Part shown: piece by piece, positions 12,440-24,855 of the stretch | Layout of the letters: each line of letters opens with the position of its first letter | Position numbering within the stretch: the first letter of the stretch is position 1 | Source of the DNA: Octopus vulgaris | Lineage: Eukaryota | Reading direction: 5' to 3' | Length of the DNA stretch: 64,000 nucleotides | Assembly (NCBI GenBank): GCA_951406725.2 | Contig: OX597835.1 | Coordinates: forward strand, 8,060,001-8,124,000 | Notes under the pieces: generated by a model | What the model was told of the DNA's origin: nothing | Seen by the model: only the letters and a program-made list of their open reading frames with translations | Database searches by the model: none | Program-made: the position numbers and the translations under genes

Positions 12440-12615
12440 CTTCTCGTTGACCCTGTTGCCACCAGGTCATGTTATCGGGCGTGTTGTTTTCCTTTTCTGT
12501 TCACGATAACAATGTCAGGCTTCCGATCCCTAATCCGACGGTTACACTGAATCATTGCATCCCACAGGGTTTTGTAATTTTCATTGTCAGTCATTTCCTC
12601 TGGTCATACCACGTC
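12440..12615 (-). mobile_element. R4/Dong-type LINE endonuclease fragment
   Basis: Minus-strand translation EMTDNENYKTLWDAMIQCNRRIRDRKPDIVIVN (W..IQ....R.PD motif). Confidence 0.7.
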
Positions 12616-12619
12616 TCTG

Positions 12620-13005
12620 TGGAAGCGCAATGACCCAGTGGTTAGGGCAGCGGACTCGCGGTCATAGGATCGCGGTTTCGATTCCCAGACCGGGCGTTGT
12701 GAGTGTTTATTGAGCGAAAACACCTAAAAGCTCCACGAGGCTCCAGCAGGGGTTGGTGGTGATCCCTGCTGTACTCTTTCACCACAACTTTCTCTCACTC
12801 TTACTTCCTGTTTCTGTCGTACCTGTATTTCAAAGGGCCGGCCTTGTCACTCTCTGTGTCACGCTGAATATTCCCGAGAACTACGTTAAAGGTGCACGTG
12901 TCTGTGGAGTGCTCAGCCACTTACACGTTAATTTCACGAGCAGGCTGTTCCGTTGATTCGGATCAACCGGAACCCTCATCGTCGTAACCGACGGAGTGCT
13001 TCCAC
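12620..13005 (+). mobile_element. SINE family B, full length
   Basis: tRNA-like head with A/B boxes. 12-bp TSD accacgtctctg at 12608-12619 and 13006-13017. Confidence 0.94.
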
Positions 13006-13224
13006 ACCACGTCTCTGATCTTTCTAGCCGGAATGACTTTAAATTCCGAGGCACGTTGTTGCAAAACGAACTTTCGCCCTACCTGCCAAAAAAGTGCTAA
13101 AATACTAAGGAAATTAGGGGGGGAGGGGTAAAATTTGAAACGTTTGGAAACAAGAATGAGCTTTCCTCTTTCGCCCACATGCTTTACCGATTCTATATCT
13201 TCAAATCAGCATGCGCCCCTCTGT

Positions 13225-13341
13225 CTATGTTGTCCAGAGCCCTCCCTGTATATTGACGTCAGTGAATCGGTATCTCCAGTTCAGCTTTTTGACGTTCTCT
13301 CTATTCAGTCTGTTAACAGTGACGTAGATGTAAACATTTAC
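13225..13341 (-). CDS. candidate terminal coding exon (VNVYIYVTVNRLNRENVKKLNWRYRFTDVNIQGGLWTT*)
   Basis: Acceptor-like ctctctcctaattag|, open phase-0 frame to TAG, non-repetitive sequence. No homology recognised. Confidence 0.2.
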   Translation of the reverse strand, partial: VNVYIYVTVNRLNRENVKKLNWRYRFTDVNIQGGLWTT

Positions 13342-13581
13342 CTAATTAGGAGAGAGTCAAGTCTAATATTTCCATTACGTATTTTTCAACACTTAGCATG
13401 GAATCATTGCAAGAAAGTCTGTTAGCTTTATTGCGATTTTAGGTAACGCGACCAAAAGGAAATTTCTATAAAATTTTTAGCGTTTTGAGTGCGCCACTTT
13501 CTCTAATAAGTTAATGGCTAATATTAAAGTGAATGGTTATTATGGCAAGCAGCAAGAGATACATTCCAGTTTCATTGTATT

Positions 13582-13941
13582 ATGTGTGGGCGTGTGTGTG
13601 TATATGTATGTGTATATGTGTGTGTATGTGTGTATGTATGTATGTATGTATATGCGTATGTGTGTGTGCGTGTGTGTGTGTATGTGTGTATGGATGTGCG
13701 CATGTGTGTGTGTGTGTGTGCGTGCGTGCGTGTGTATGAGCGTGTGTGTGTATGTGTATGTGTGCGTGTGTGCGTATATGCGCATGTGTGAGTGTGTTCT
13801 ATGTGTGTATATGTGTATGTTTCTATGTGTGTATATGTGTGCGCGTGCGTGCGTGCCTGGTTGTGTGTGTGTCTGCGAGCGTTTGCGCGTGCCTGTGTGT
13901 GTATATATGTTTGCGTGCGTGTGAGTGTGTATGTGCGTGTA

Positions 13942-13990
<49 letters not shown>

Positions 13991-13992
13991 GT
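13582..13992. repeat. degenerate (TG)n/(TATG)n microsatellite
   Basis: Direct reading. Confidence 0.96.
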
Positions 13993-14659
13993 ACACTTAG
14001 TATTTTGCATGACATATATGTTTATAAGGCGCCTTTGGTTCAATAAGAAAGAACGTGACTCGTCTATAGGGAACCGAAGGAAATTCCAAGAGGAATTATC
14101 TCATTAAATGGCTTTTAGCCTAAATGCTATTCACAGCCAAACTGTGTTTACATAAACCAGATGGATTCAGCAGTCGTTGTAGACACGGTTCTTCGCTGAT
14201 AATATGTTTGGATATTGCCGAATATTTATTCAATTTCAAATATATTTTAGCCAGATTACAGATGATACAAGGACAATCATTTCGTTGTAGACAATAAACA
14301 ATACTTTTGTCTTAATTTCTTTTCTTAGAACATCTTCTGTCGGATTTAATGGTAAAAGAAAGTATTTATCTTTACTGAATAGAAATCTATATTTCAAACA
14401 GTCACGTCATGCGAACGGCCTGGTCTGATAAACCCAAAAAGCGTGGTTTCGATTCTCAGTAAAGACGTTAACATATTCATGCACACCTGGAAAGATAACA
14501 ATGTAAAATACAGAAAATGATAATTAAACTACAAGTAGAATACTGTTCTATGTTCTAGAGATGACGAATTCTGTGCATTATTTACATTGGACGGATATGT
14601 GTCCTCATCTTGGGTCCGAGCGCATCACGTTAAGTTGACGATGGGAAGGATGGCTTCCG

Positions 14660-14790
14660 TTTGCAAATACTGATAGGGCACAGAAAGTGTGTCAACAGCC
14701 AGCTGGAGAAGATGTTCTCCTGGGGCTACAAGCTACAGTAGCATCCACCCTTAGTGGTTAGCCACATTTAAGTGTCAAATATACTTCACG
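14660..14790. mobile_element. single-arm copy of the 43306-43505 fold-back family, ending in (TA)n
   Basis: agccagctggagaagatgttctcctggggctacaagctacagtagcatccacccttagtggttagccac..aaatatacttcac matches the right arm at 43408-43505. Confidence 0.75.
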
Positions 14791-14870
14791 TATATATATA
14801 TATTTTGCTGCCCTGGTAACTATTTATTATTTTTTTCCGTGTTAATTGTTAACAAGGTAACAATACAATC

Positions 14871-14983
<113 letters not shown>

Positions 14984-15041
14984 CAGAGCGAGTGTATGAG
15001 AGGTATCGGTATCTAGAAAACCTAAATGGTTGCAAGTAACG

Positions 15042-15690
15042 CTAAGTAAGTTTGTCTAGGGCCCTTCTAAAGCGGTACGCCAGTTCGCCTCTAGGGGTGG
15101 TGTCGACGAACATGACACTCTGGTATTTGTGGCCTTGAGTTGGCCTTCCCTGTTTTCTTCTTAGTCCTTTCAATGGTGTTCCATGACTTATAGTATATGG
15201 AAGCACTCCGTCGGTTACGACGACGAGGGCTCCGGTTGATCCGATCAACGGAACAGCCTGCTCGTGAAATTAACGTGTAAGTGGCTGAGCACTCCACAGA
15301 CACGTGTACCCTTAACGTAGTTCTCGGGGATATTCAGCGTGACACAGAGAGTGACAAGGCCGGCCCTTTGAAATACAGGTACAACAGAAACAGGAAGTAA
15401 GAGCGAGAGAAAGTTGTGGTGAAAGAGTACAGCAGGGATCACCACCATCTCCTGCCGGAGCCTCGTGGAGTTTTAAGGTGTTTTCGCTCAATAAACACTC
15501 ACAACGCCCGGTCTGGGAATCGAAACCGCGATCCTATGACCGCGAGTCCGCTGCCCTAACCACTAGGCCATTGCGCCTCCACACTTCTGGACATACCCAT
15601 TTATTCTTATCGGAACTCCAAAATTTATCTCAACACTTCCATGTTTTGCCCCAGGCAATTTCAGATGGATTCTATCGAGATTAGACATGT
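15042..15690 (-). mobile_element. probable Penelope-like element ORF remnant (RT thumb/linker region), interrupted by SINE B
   Basis: Frameshifted translation SDKN.WVCP..IYYKSWNTIERTKKKTGKAN..YQSVMFVDTTPRGELAYRFRRAL resembles the PLE linker motif (P.YR...W...R..KK..K / VMFVP.TP..EL). Recognised by eye only. Confidence 0.5.
15198..15580 (-). mobile_element. SINE family B, full length
   Basis: Near-identical to 12620-13005 in reverse orientation. Confidence 0.94.
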
Positions 15691-16009
15691 CCAAAGGCAC
15701 AATTGATATTCACAAAAAATATACAAGACAAAATATTTCCTAAAGCAGTGAAGCTCGTGTGAAGAGGATAACTAAAAGTTTCAGAACGTCAAACAAGATA
15801 TCCGGCCACCTTCACTTTAGGACCTTACCCTAAAAAATGAGATCGATAAAATAAATACCAACAAATGGGGGAGGGCGATATTAATCAAGTCAGCAATAGA
15901 GCTGCTATCTCATCACTGAGTTTCCTAGAAATAGCAACCAAATATTTCTCTGTCTCTGTCTGTCTGTCTCTCTTTCGTCATCGTTAAAGAAGGGGGTCAA
16001 TATTTGACG

Positions 16010-16640
16010 ATATAGACCTTGATACCCTGTACCTGAAAATGTACCAGCTAGCTATTGACACACTTTCTGTGGCCTATCAACAATATGGAAGCCAACAATT
16101 AACTGGGACTTTTTTTTTTTTTCTTACCACAATATTATCATCTTGTGAATTTAAAGAACTCCATCAATATAGACCTTGATACCTTGTGCCTGAAAATGTA
16201 CCAGCCAGCTATCGACACACTTTCTGTGGCCTATCAACAATATGGACGCCAACAATTAACTGGGACTTTTTTTTTTTTTCTTACCACAATATTATCGTCT
16301 TGTGAATTTAAAGAACTCCATCAATATAGACCTTGATACCTTGTACCTGAAAATGTGCCAGCCAGCTATCGACACACTTTCTGTGGCCTATCAACAATAT
16401 GGACGCCAACAATTAACTAGGACTTTTTTTTTTTTTCTAACCACAATATTATCATCTTGTGAATTTAAAGAACTCCATCAATATAGACCTTGATACCTTG
16501 TGCCTGAAAATGTGCCAGCCAGCTATCGACACACTTTCTGTGGCCTATCAACAATATGGAAGCCAACAATTAACTGGGACTTTTTTTTTTTTTTTTCTTA
16601 CCACAATATTATCGTCTTGTAAATTTAAAGAACTCCATCA
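16010..16640. repeat. 157-bp tandem repeat, 4 copies
   Basis: Unit atatagaccttgatacc..tgaatttaaagaactccatca. ORF-track starts at 16145, 16302 and 16459 confirm the 157-bp period. Confidence 0.95.
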
Positions 16641-17796
16641 GAGCGGCCTTCGCTCAGGAATGTTTTCAGCTGTTCTGTTTTGTGGGAGATGTTTATTCTA
16701 GCAGAAACGAGTCAGTACCGTGTCGTTCAGGCATGCAGCTACTCTATATTCATAAATCATACATAACCATCCATCATAATTTTTTTTTCTCCTTTTAATA
16801 TAATAAATTTTGTTGTTGTTGTCGTTGCTGTAATGTGTATAGAGAAAGATATATTAAATGACCTCCAATAAATTTGTATTATCGCTGTTTCCTCTCGTGT
16901 ATTGCAATCCAGTATACGATGAAGATTTATAGCAGACTCACTGCTATTGTTTTTGTGGTTGTTGTTAGTGTTGTTGTTGCTTTTATTGTTGTTATTGTTG
17001 TCTCTGTTGTTGTTATTGTTGCTGTTGCTTTTGTTATTGTTGCTGTTGTTGATGGAGCTGTTGCTAGTGGCTTTGTTCTACAGCTACTTCTGCTGTTGTT
17101 ATTTGGTTGCAGGTCAGCTTTGTTTCCAGCTATGACCATCCCGTATATTTCTGTCTCTTACAATATATCTAGAACAACATCAATCACAAAGTCTTTCATA
17201 TTCTATGTCCTTTATAACTCAGTGATGGTCTTTTGACTGTTATTTCTAGCACTTAATTTCGAGTTTCACTTAAAAGGTTGCGGGTTCGAGATCTCGGCTT
17301 TCAAACAATAGTCTTGGGGTTGTGATTTGCTTCAAGTTTTTTCAAATTTTAATTTCAATATTAAACTTACATGAATATTTTCTAGGTTTTTGTGTAATTT
17401 CTTTTAGAAATCACAGCCACTAGTGTAGCTACAGTGGGGCGGGGGACCACCCCGAGCGGCAATCTTATGGGGACGGCACTATTTTTGGGGCTGCTGTAGA
17501 CAATATGTACTTTTGTGGTGGTGGTGATAGTGGTGGTGGTGGTGGTGGGCAAAGAAGCTGCTTCGTAATGGCAGTGAGGGAGGGAGAGAGAGAAGGTAAA
17601 AAGGGAGAGAGTGTGCAAACAATTTACAAATGCAATTGCTACCAGACGAAGACCCAGCAGAGCGGACACTAGCAGGTTTATGGGGTCATCAGGTTTTAAT
17701 GTGTGTGTGTGTATATTGCTTAAGGGAAATTTAGTTGGTCTTTACAAGCAGATCCAATGAGCGGGAATGTTCTCCTACTTTCGTCTATTTAATAAT

Positions 17797-18387
17797 TCTA
17801 TCTGCTATAGGCATAAGGCCTGAAATTTTTTTTTTTTGGCGGGGGCGCATAGTCAAATTATATCGACCCCAGTACGTAACTGGTACTTGATTTATCGACC
17901 CCGAAAGAATGAAAGGCAAAGTGGACCTCGGCAGAATTTTAACTCAGAGCGTAGCGATGGGCGAAATACCTATTTCTTTACTACCCACAAGGGGCTAAAC
18001 ACAGAGAGAACAAACAAGGACAGACAAACGGATTAAGTCGATTATATCGACCCCAGTGCGTAACTGGTACTTATTTAATCGACCCCGAAAGGATGAAAGG
18101 CAAAGTCGACCTCGGCGGAATTTGAACTCAGAACGTAACGGCAGACAAAATACCTATTTCTTTACTACCCACAAGGGGCTAAACACAGAGAGAACAAACA
18201 AGGACAGACAAACGGATTAAGTCGATTATATCGACATTAGTGCGTAACTGGTACTTATTTAATTTAATCGACCCCGAAAGGATGAAAGGCAAAGTCTACC
18301 TCGGCGGAATTTGAACTCAGAACGTAGCGGCAGACAAAATGCCGCTAAACATTTCGCCCGGCGTGCTAACAATTCTGCCAGCTCTCC
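17797..18387 (-). mobile_element. SINE family A trimer (two tail-2 units plus a terminal tail-1 unit)
   Basis: Junctions at ~17963 and ~18147. 13-bp TSD tctatttaataat at 17784-17796 and 18388-18400. Confidence 0.9.
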
Positions 18388-18702
18388 TCTATTTAATAAT
18401 GAAAGAATGTTGGCGTATACCGTTTGTTTCAGTAATGAGGTAACGCTACAATATCCCTACCTCTTGGTTTAATAACGAAGTAGTTGTCCAGTGTACCTCT
18501 TGTCTTAGTAATGAAATACTGTTGTAGTGTAGAATGCAGAATTAAGTACAAGTCAAATAAATTACTTAACCAACGTTTTGGGAATTTATTTAAATAACAA
18601 CCGGATTCTTTTCAATTTTGTTGCTGTCATATAGAAAATCCGTAATTGGTGTCTAGACTCCAAATTGATTTGATTGTCTCGACGGTAATTTAGTGGTAGT
18701 AA

Positions 18703-19190
18703 GGCGGCGAGCTGGCAGAAACGTCAGCACGCCGGGCTAAATGCTTAGCAGTATTTCGTCTGTCGTTTCGTTCTGAGTTCAAATTCTGCCGAGGTCGACT
18801 TTGCCTTTCATCCTTTCGGGGTTGATAAATTAAGTACCAGTTACGCACTGGGATCGATATAATCGACTTAATCCGTTGGTCTGTCCTTGTTTGTCCCCTC
18901 TGTGTTTAGTCCCTTGTGGGTAGTAAAGAAATAGGTATTTTAGTGATAGTAAGGCGGCGAGCTGGCAGAAACGTTAGCACGCCGGGCGAAATGCTTAGCA
19001 GTATTTCGTCTGCCGTTATGTTCTGAGTTCAAATTCCGCCAAGGTCAACTTTGCCTTTTATCCTCCGGGGGTCGATTAAATAAGTACCAGTTACGCACTG
19101 GGGTCGATGTAATCGACTTAATCCGTTTGTCTGTCCTTGTTTGTTCCCTCTGTGTTTAGCCCCTTGTGGGTAGTAAATAAATAGGTAATA
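18703..19190 (+). mobile_element. two full-length SINE-A copies in tandem, separated by a repeated target sequence
   Basis: ggtaatttagtggtagtaa-like 19-mer at 18684, 18934 and 19191; period ~250 bp. Confidence 0.92.
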
Positions 19191-19212
19191 GGTAATTTAG
19201 TGACAGTAAAGG

Positions 19213-19560
19213 CATTGCTGTGCGGTCAAGAAGCTTGCTTTGTAACCATGTGGCTTCGAGTTCAGTCCTACTGCACGGCACCTTGAGAAAGTCTCTACTA
19301 CTTTAACCTTCACCGACCGAAGGCTTTTGAGTGAATTTGGTGGATGGAAATTGTAGGTGTTTCTCTCCTCCAGCCACTTGACAACCGGTGTTGGTTTGTA
19401 TACATCCCCCATAACTTAGAGGTTCAGTAACAGAGACTGAACGAGCACCTGACTTATAAAATAAGTACCAGTGTCGATTCGTTCGAGTAAAACCCTTCAG
19501 TGCAGTACTCCAGCATGGTCGCAGTCCATTGACCGACACAAGAAAGCGATAAAAGTTAGA
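19213..19560 (+). mobile_element. SINE family C, old degenerate copy
   Basis: gctgtgcggtcaagaagcttgct..gagttcagtcct..ctccagcatggtcgcagtccattgaccgacacaag. Confidence 0.75.
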
Positions 19561-20188
19561 GTTAAAATGTAGTCAATTTGCATTATCTTCACAAACAATA
19601 CAATCCATTTAATGTCCAAACTGATGTTTTAATTCAAAGAATGCGATCAAAACCTTAAAAAAAACAAACATGGCAACCTTTACATTTTTGCTTACAGGAG
19701 CACGTCTCTATTTTCATTCCATGAGGATAATATGTTTTACAATGAACTATAACATCCTTCGATATAACAAGGTTTTTTTTCTCCGGCGAAAATATTCGGG
19801 AAGACAAGTATTTTTATGGTTATTCAATTATTAAACTTTAAATATTAAAAATTACACTAGCTCTGGAGATTAACGAATTAATGAATACGTAAGATTGGAT
19901 TTTCTGGGAAGCAGAGATAAATTTTTCAGTTGCCCGAGTTAAAATTGTGAAGCTATTTCTTAAAATGACAAACCAACAATAGAATCAAAATGGTCACAGT
20001 AAAAAGAATGTTTTAAAACAACAATCGCAGAATAATTTCATCTTTATTGCTAACGATGGAAAGATGGTGTATTTTATTTGTCACACAAGCAGTAATTAAT
20101 TAAAAGCTAGCTAATTAAAGCGTAAACACGAATCTAATCATAAATATTCAATTCCGAATTATCTCATGAAGTAGAAAGAACTAAAATA

Positions 20189-20580
20189 TCTCTTTATCTA
20201 TAAAGTTGAAGTTGTCTGTGTATGGCAGGTTTGGTAGCCTTCAACTAACACTATCTCCTCCGAGACCCTGTGGCACAAGTTGACCAAAATTGAGTCTGAT
20301 AGAAGAAGGTTTTCTCTTCCTTCCGTAGAAGAAAAAATTCAAATCGGACCATATTAACACCAAAAATTATTTACATCAAAAAGGTGCTTTTTTTCTATGA
20401 AAATCCCTATTTTTTTACAATTTATTTGACTGCTGTGTTGCCATTTTTCGGTGTATTTCAACCAGAAAAATGTTCACTTAAAGAGGATAACAAGCTACAT
20501 AAGGCAAAATTTTTCCTTTTCAAAAATTCCATTTCTAAAGGGTCGAAACAAACCCGAGCAACGTCGGACAATACTGCTAG
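20189..20580 (+). mobile_element. non-autonomous Helitron
   Basis: A|TC 5' end, subterminal hairpin ccgagcaacgtcgg, 3' CTAG|T, no TSD. Confidence 0.8.
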
Positions 20581-20982
20581 TATATGTTACTCGTAAAATT
20601 TAAATCACCCAACTAAATATGTTGTTCCGTTGCAATTCAAGTGATTGGGCTGTTTAAGCCTCTTATTAAAGCTTAGAATATTGTTGGAAGAGAGCTTGTT
20701 TACATCGTGGAAAATGTTAATGCTGTTATTGCATTTGTCCCTACTGAGAACTCCAATAAGCTGTGGGACTTTTGGTTTCCGCCTGCCACGCTAAGGGTAT
20801 TTCTGAAATTGGTGCCACTACTGACGTGCTTGCGGCAGATCTCTATGAAAAAATCGTGGGGGATTCAGTTTCAACATTGGCTGGAAGTAGAGAAAAACAA
20901 ATTAGCTGCATTTGTTGGCGAGAGTACAAAAGACGGAAGAAGAAATTTCGGACTTGATAAACAAGCGTTGGCAGGAGACAAA

Positions 20983-21042
<60 letters not shown>

Positions 21043-21266
21043 CTGCCTTCGTCTTATCTTTTTGTAAATTCGAAGCACAGGTAAAACTAGATTATCTCAT
21101 CATATATATGTAGTACACACCTGCACGCGCGTACGTACATACACACACACACGCACACACACACACACACACACACGCACAATTCAACGTATGTGCTGCA
21201 TACACATATTTCTAAACAAATCTTCCGTATTCCATTTTGGTGTATAAACAACAAACAAATGTATAT

Positions 21267-21269
21267 ATC

Positions 21270-21341
<72 letters not shown>

Positions 21342-21502
21342 TGTGTGTGTATGTATGTGTGTGTGTATGTGTATGTATGTGTGTGTATGTGTGTGTGTAT
21401 GTATGTGTGTGTGTATGTGTATGTATGTGTGTGTATGTGTGTGTGTATGTATGTGTGTGTGTGTGGTGTGTGTGTGTATCTATGTGTGTGTGTGTGTATG
21501 TG
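21267..21502. repeat. (TA)n(TG)n microsatellite
   Basis: Direct reading. Confidence 0.97.
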
Positions 21503-22354
21503 TATTCCATTTTAGTAATGAGGGCCACCAACAGGAAGACACGGCGATGAAGATGGCAACAATAAAAACCCACAGCAGCACCATTATCACAATCGTCAAT
21601 GGCATTCCAGTAACCCATCGACATGAATTTATCACGAAGACCAAGTTCCCTAGCAACTTGTAACAGAATCCAATAATTAAAAGCACAGTAACGACAACAA
21701 CATCAACAAACGATCAAACGTTACAACGAGAAAAAAAAAACGCTACAATAACAACCACAACAACGACAAACACAGCAACAGCAGCAGCAGCAGAAACTGC
21801 TAAAATAATTTCAGCTGCAAAAAAAAAAAAAACGGTGATAACAGAAAGAACCACGACTGAATGTTTCCGATAATCACAAAACTCTTCTCTCCAGTGTCTT
21901 TTTTTACTGACCTAAATTTAATTGTGGAATTTGGGTCAATGTTAGACATAACCAGATGGACTCTAGTAGATGTAAAAAAACATGTTGACTATCTGGAAAT
22001 GTTGGATCAAATGACTTGTCAAAACTTTTGCCATAATATTCAGATGTACTCAACAATTTAATCTTTGGAAAGTCTTTTGTTTAACAAAAAAGGCTATCCT
22101 CAGTTTTGTTGTAGCTGTGGAGAGCAAACCAAAGAAATATTAGCTCAGTTAACCCCTCCCATGACAATTAATTCACATTCTATAAACCTACGTTTTCGAT
22201 AGCTTCTTACTAATGTAAACACACACCTGTTTCGTTGAATTTAGGAGTTTACTGTATAAATATTCTTGTTGCTGTTACTGTTGTAGCTGAATAGTTACTC
22301 TTTTCTTTTTCCTTAAACTTTTTCCAGAAAAGATTCAGTTTGAGGGGTAATTAA

Positions 22355-22668
22355 TATGTAATTAAAGAGAGGCGGAAAATACCACAATCTTTATTGAAAA
22401 CTACATTCGTTTCGACCCATCTAGCATGGAGCCCTCGCGGGTGGCATACTGCAGAACTAGTTAAGGTGTATCCTTCAATGTAGATTTGTCTCCTCGGGTG
22501 ATTTCAAGAGGGATCGATGCTACATGGGTCGAAACGATTGTGGTGATTAACAAAGATTCTCGTATTTTCCGTCTCCCTCATTAATTACATACTCAACGAA
22601 CACTGCGCCAGTGGGCGTCATTCCCTGTCAAACTTCCAGGTCTATACCATTCGGTTTATTAACTATCA
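22355..22668. mobile_element. diverged fold-back element (arms 22355-22427 / 22517-22591) with degenerate hammerhead-like core; ends in (TA)n
   Basis: Imperfect inverted arms. Minus strand 22483-22401 reads ctaca-TTGAAGG...gggtc-GAAACGAA-tgtag. Confidence 0.6.
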
Positions 22669-22829
22669 TATATATATATATATATAATATAATATAATTC
22701 TGAACTCCAATACAAAATATAATATTTGGTTCCATTAAACCGGTTACACTTAATTTATAGAATGTTTAGGTTTAGTAGAAGTTGAACGGTTAGAAAAGTC
22801 AACTTTAATAATATAATGAGATTGTTGTA

Positions 22830-23810
22830 TACAGTGCTGAGGTGCTCTACAGCTAAAAAAAAATGTGGTTGATGGATTTCAGGAAGCATGGAAGTTTTGA
22901 AGGATGAAGTGTCTCGACAGCTAACGACCGATGCGGGTGGTTTATACCATGCTTCCACAATTCTGAATGTGAAAAAATGTTTCCCAAAAGTCATGAGTGC
23001 TCTGTTGATTTGTAAGCATGCCTACGAACGTTTGACATATGGAATTCAAAAAGGTGCCCAAGGTTGTTGTTGGAAAGATGGTGGATAATCTTGTAGGTGT
23101 CTACCAAGTCAGTTGCCAGACGTCTGAGCTTTAAAGTATCCATACCCAGGGAAGCAAGACGTTCGGAGTATGGTAGCTGCCTGACGGCATGTATTCGTTT
23201 TGTTGCACGTTTTTGAACAGTTTCCAGGAAACTGATATTCCGCGCAACATAGGAGTTCCACACTGGTGATGCAATTCTAAGTATTGACATACCATTGTCA
23301 TATACAGTTTTAAATAGATAGCCAGAGAGCGGCTGACAAAGGTCTTACTGAGTGATGCTAAGACACCCTCAGCCTTCTTGACAATCTTAGAGATGTGGTT
23401 TGTCCAACGTAGATCGCTGTTTACAATAATACCCAGATTACGTTCGCTAACAGATTTCTTAAGATTGGTATTGTTGAGGGAGTATGTAAAAGCTGCTCCC
23501 CCACCCACATAATGACGCACTTGTCCACAGCTATCTTGAATCATCAGTCAGTAATCCATTGCTGAATTGTGTCCAGATCTGACTGACAGAAAGATCTATA
23601 GCGTATAGGATCTGTTCTTTTTATCTCAACGGATAACTTGATGTCATCTGCATATTTCAACACTAACATTTTTCAAGACTGTAACATTCAAGTTGCCACC
23701 TATGTCATTAATATATGCAACAGGCGTCCTAGAACGGATCCCCGTGGTACAGTAGGGGTCCAAGCACGGATCCCCGTGGTACACCAGATGCTGTCCTAGT
23801 ATTGTAACTA
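22830..23810 (-). mobile_element. CR1-clade LINE remnant (RT C-terminal half)
   Basis: SGVPRGSVLGPLL, YADDIKL, ERNLGIIVNSDLRWTNHISKIVKKA, SPVWNSY..LETVQKRATKRI..LPYSERLASLGMDTLKLRRL, FFTFRIVEAW; multiple frameshifts. Confidence 0.92.
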
Positions 23811-24060
23811 CCCCTTTTTTGGCCTTTTATCTCTTCAGGTTTAGTAAAATATGTACCAATTGAGCTTTGGTTATCAAAATAATCGACTAACCATCTTCCC
23901 AATATTCGAGGCCTTATCTCTATAACAGAAGCAATTATTGTTGTTATTTTAAACAATGCTAGCAAAATGTGAAAGCCTTGTTGATTTTATACTGTTAATT
24001 CCTTTCGATAAATATATCAATTTTTCGACTCATTCTTCTAAAATTTAAACGTTTGCTCAC

Positions 24061-24241
24061 CGACGATGGCAGGGCAAGTACGGAAATACTCAAATTCAAG
24101 TTTTGAGTACGCAATGGACAATGTGTCCTTTCAAAAAGCTCTGCCTTGAAATTCTCAAGCATAGCTAAATCTTTTTCAGTCAATGAAGTTGTAGGCACAG
24201 GAGAAAATGTACGTAGATTCACTACTACCCTGTCGCCACAC
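24061..24241 (-). CDS. candidate internal exon (CGDRVVVNLRTFSPVPTTSLTEKDLAMLENFKAELFERTHCPLRTQNLNLSISVLALPSS), product unknown
   Basis: Strong acceptor ttcctttttagcag|G, donor TCG|gtgagc, only one frame open (phase 2 to 0). Confidence 0.45.
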
Positions 24242-24634
24242 CTGCTAAAAAGGAATGCAACTTGATTGTTGCTGAAGCCAAGCCTAAAGAGACACTTCGG
24301 TGAGTTTATACAAAGGCGCAACCACAGTAATCATGACAACAAAAGCAACTGCAAAAAGAAAAAAAGAAAAAAAAGCAAGAGCAGAATCGACCCATCTAAG
24401 ACAGTCAACACCACCACCACCACCATTACTACCAGGAATAATAACAACAATAACAACAATGAGAACAAGAACGATAGAGCGAAACAATAACAGCAACTGT
24501 AAAAATCTAGAATAGCAACATCAAATCTCCTGTAAGAACGTCCTCAGAATCAGGCTTTTGCTGACGTAATACAAACATGGATTCATTTAGAAGAGAATAT
24601 GGGGTTTTAGTTTCATTGCCTAGCTAGGCCGGAC

Positions 24635-24855
24635 CCCTTTTGTTACCAACCCGGCTGAAACCGGCTCTGGCTATTTAGTATAAATGTCTTGTTTTCATAA
24701 GTTTTGAATTCAAAATTTCCACTAAATTTTAGTCACAATTTATGTTCCTAACACTAGCTCAATGATAACGATGTTATTTTACTAAATTCTTTCTTATATT
24801 TAAAATAATTGGAAGAAACACAGAGCCTTTCAAAATAAATACAGTAACGAAAGGG
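24635..24855. mobile_element. piggyBac-like MITE
   Basis: TIRs cccttttgttac / gtaacgaaaggg. Right flank is TTAA; left TTAA is not preserved. Confidence 0.6.

Noticed and set aside
12620-12695. tRNA-Arg-like gene (also the heads at 5642, 61662 and others)
   Set aside because: These are SINE heads: they continue into a repeated body and tail with TSDs, and lack a proper acceptor stem and terminator.
16145-16701. Three near-identical small ORFs (MNLKNSINIDLDTL...)
   Set aside because: A by-product of the 157-bp tandem repeat; variable poly-T tracts and GTG starts.
20707-20980. 125-aa plus-strand ORF and a strong minus-strand acceptor near 20881
   Set aside because: The ORF runs into a microsatellite and is unrecognisable. 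All three frames after the acceptor hit stops and no good donor follows.
24180-24299. Plus-strand exon-like segment (tttttcag ... TCG|gtgagt)
   Set aside because: Stops occur in all three frames; the overlapping minus-strand exon candidate is better supported.
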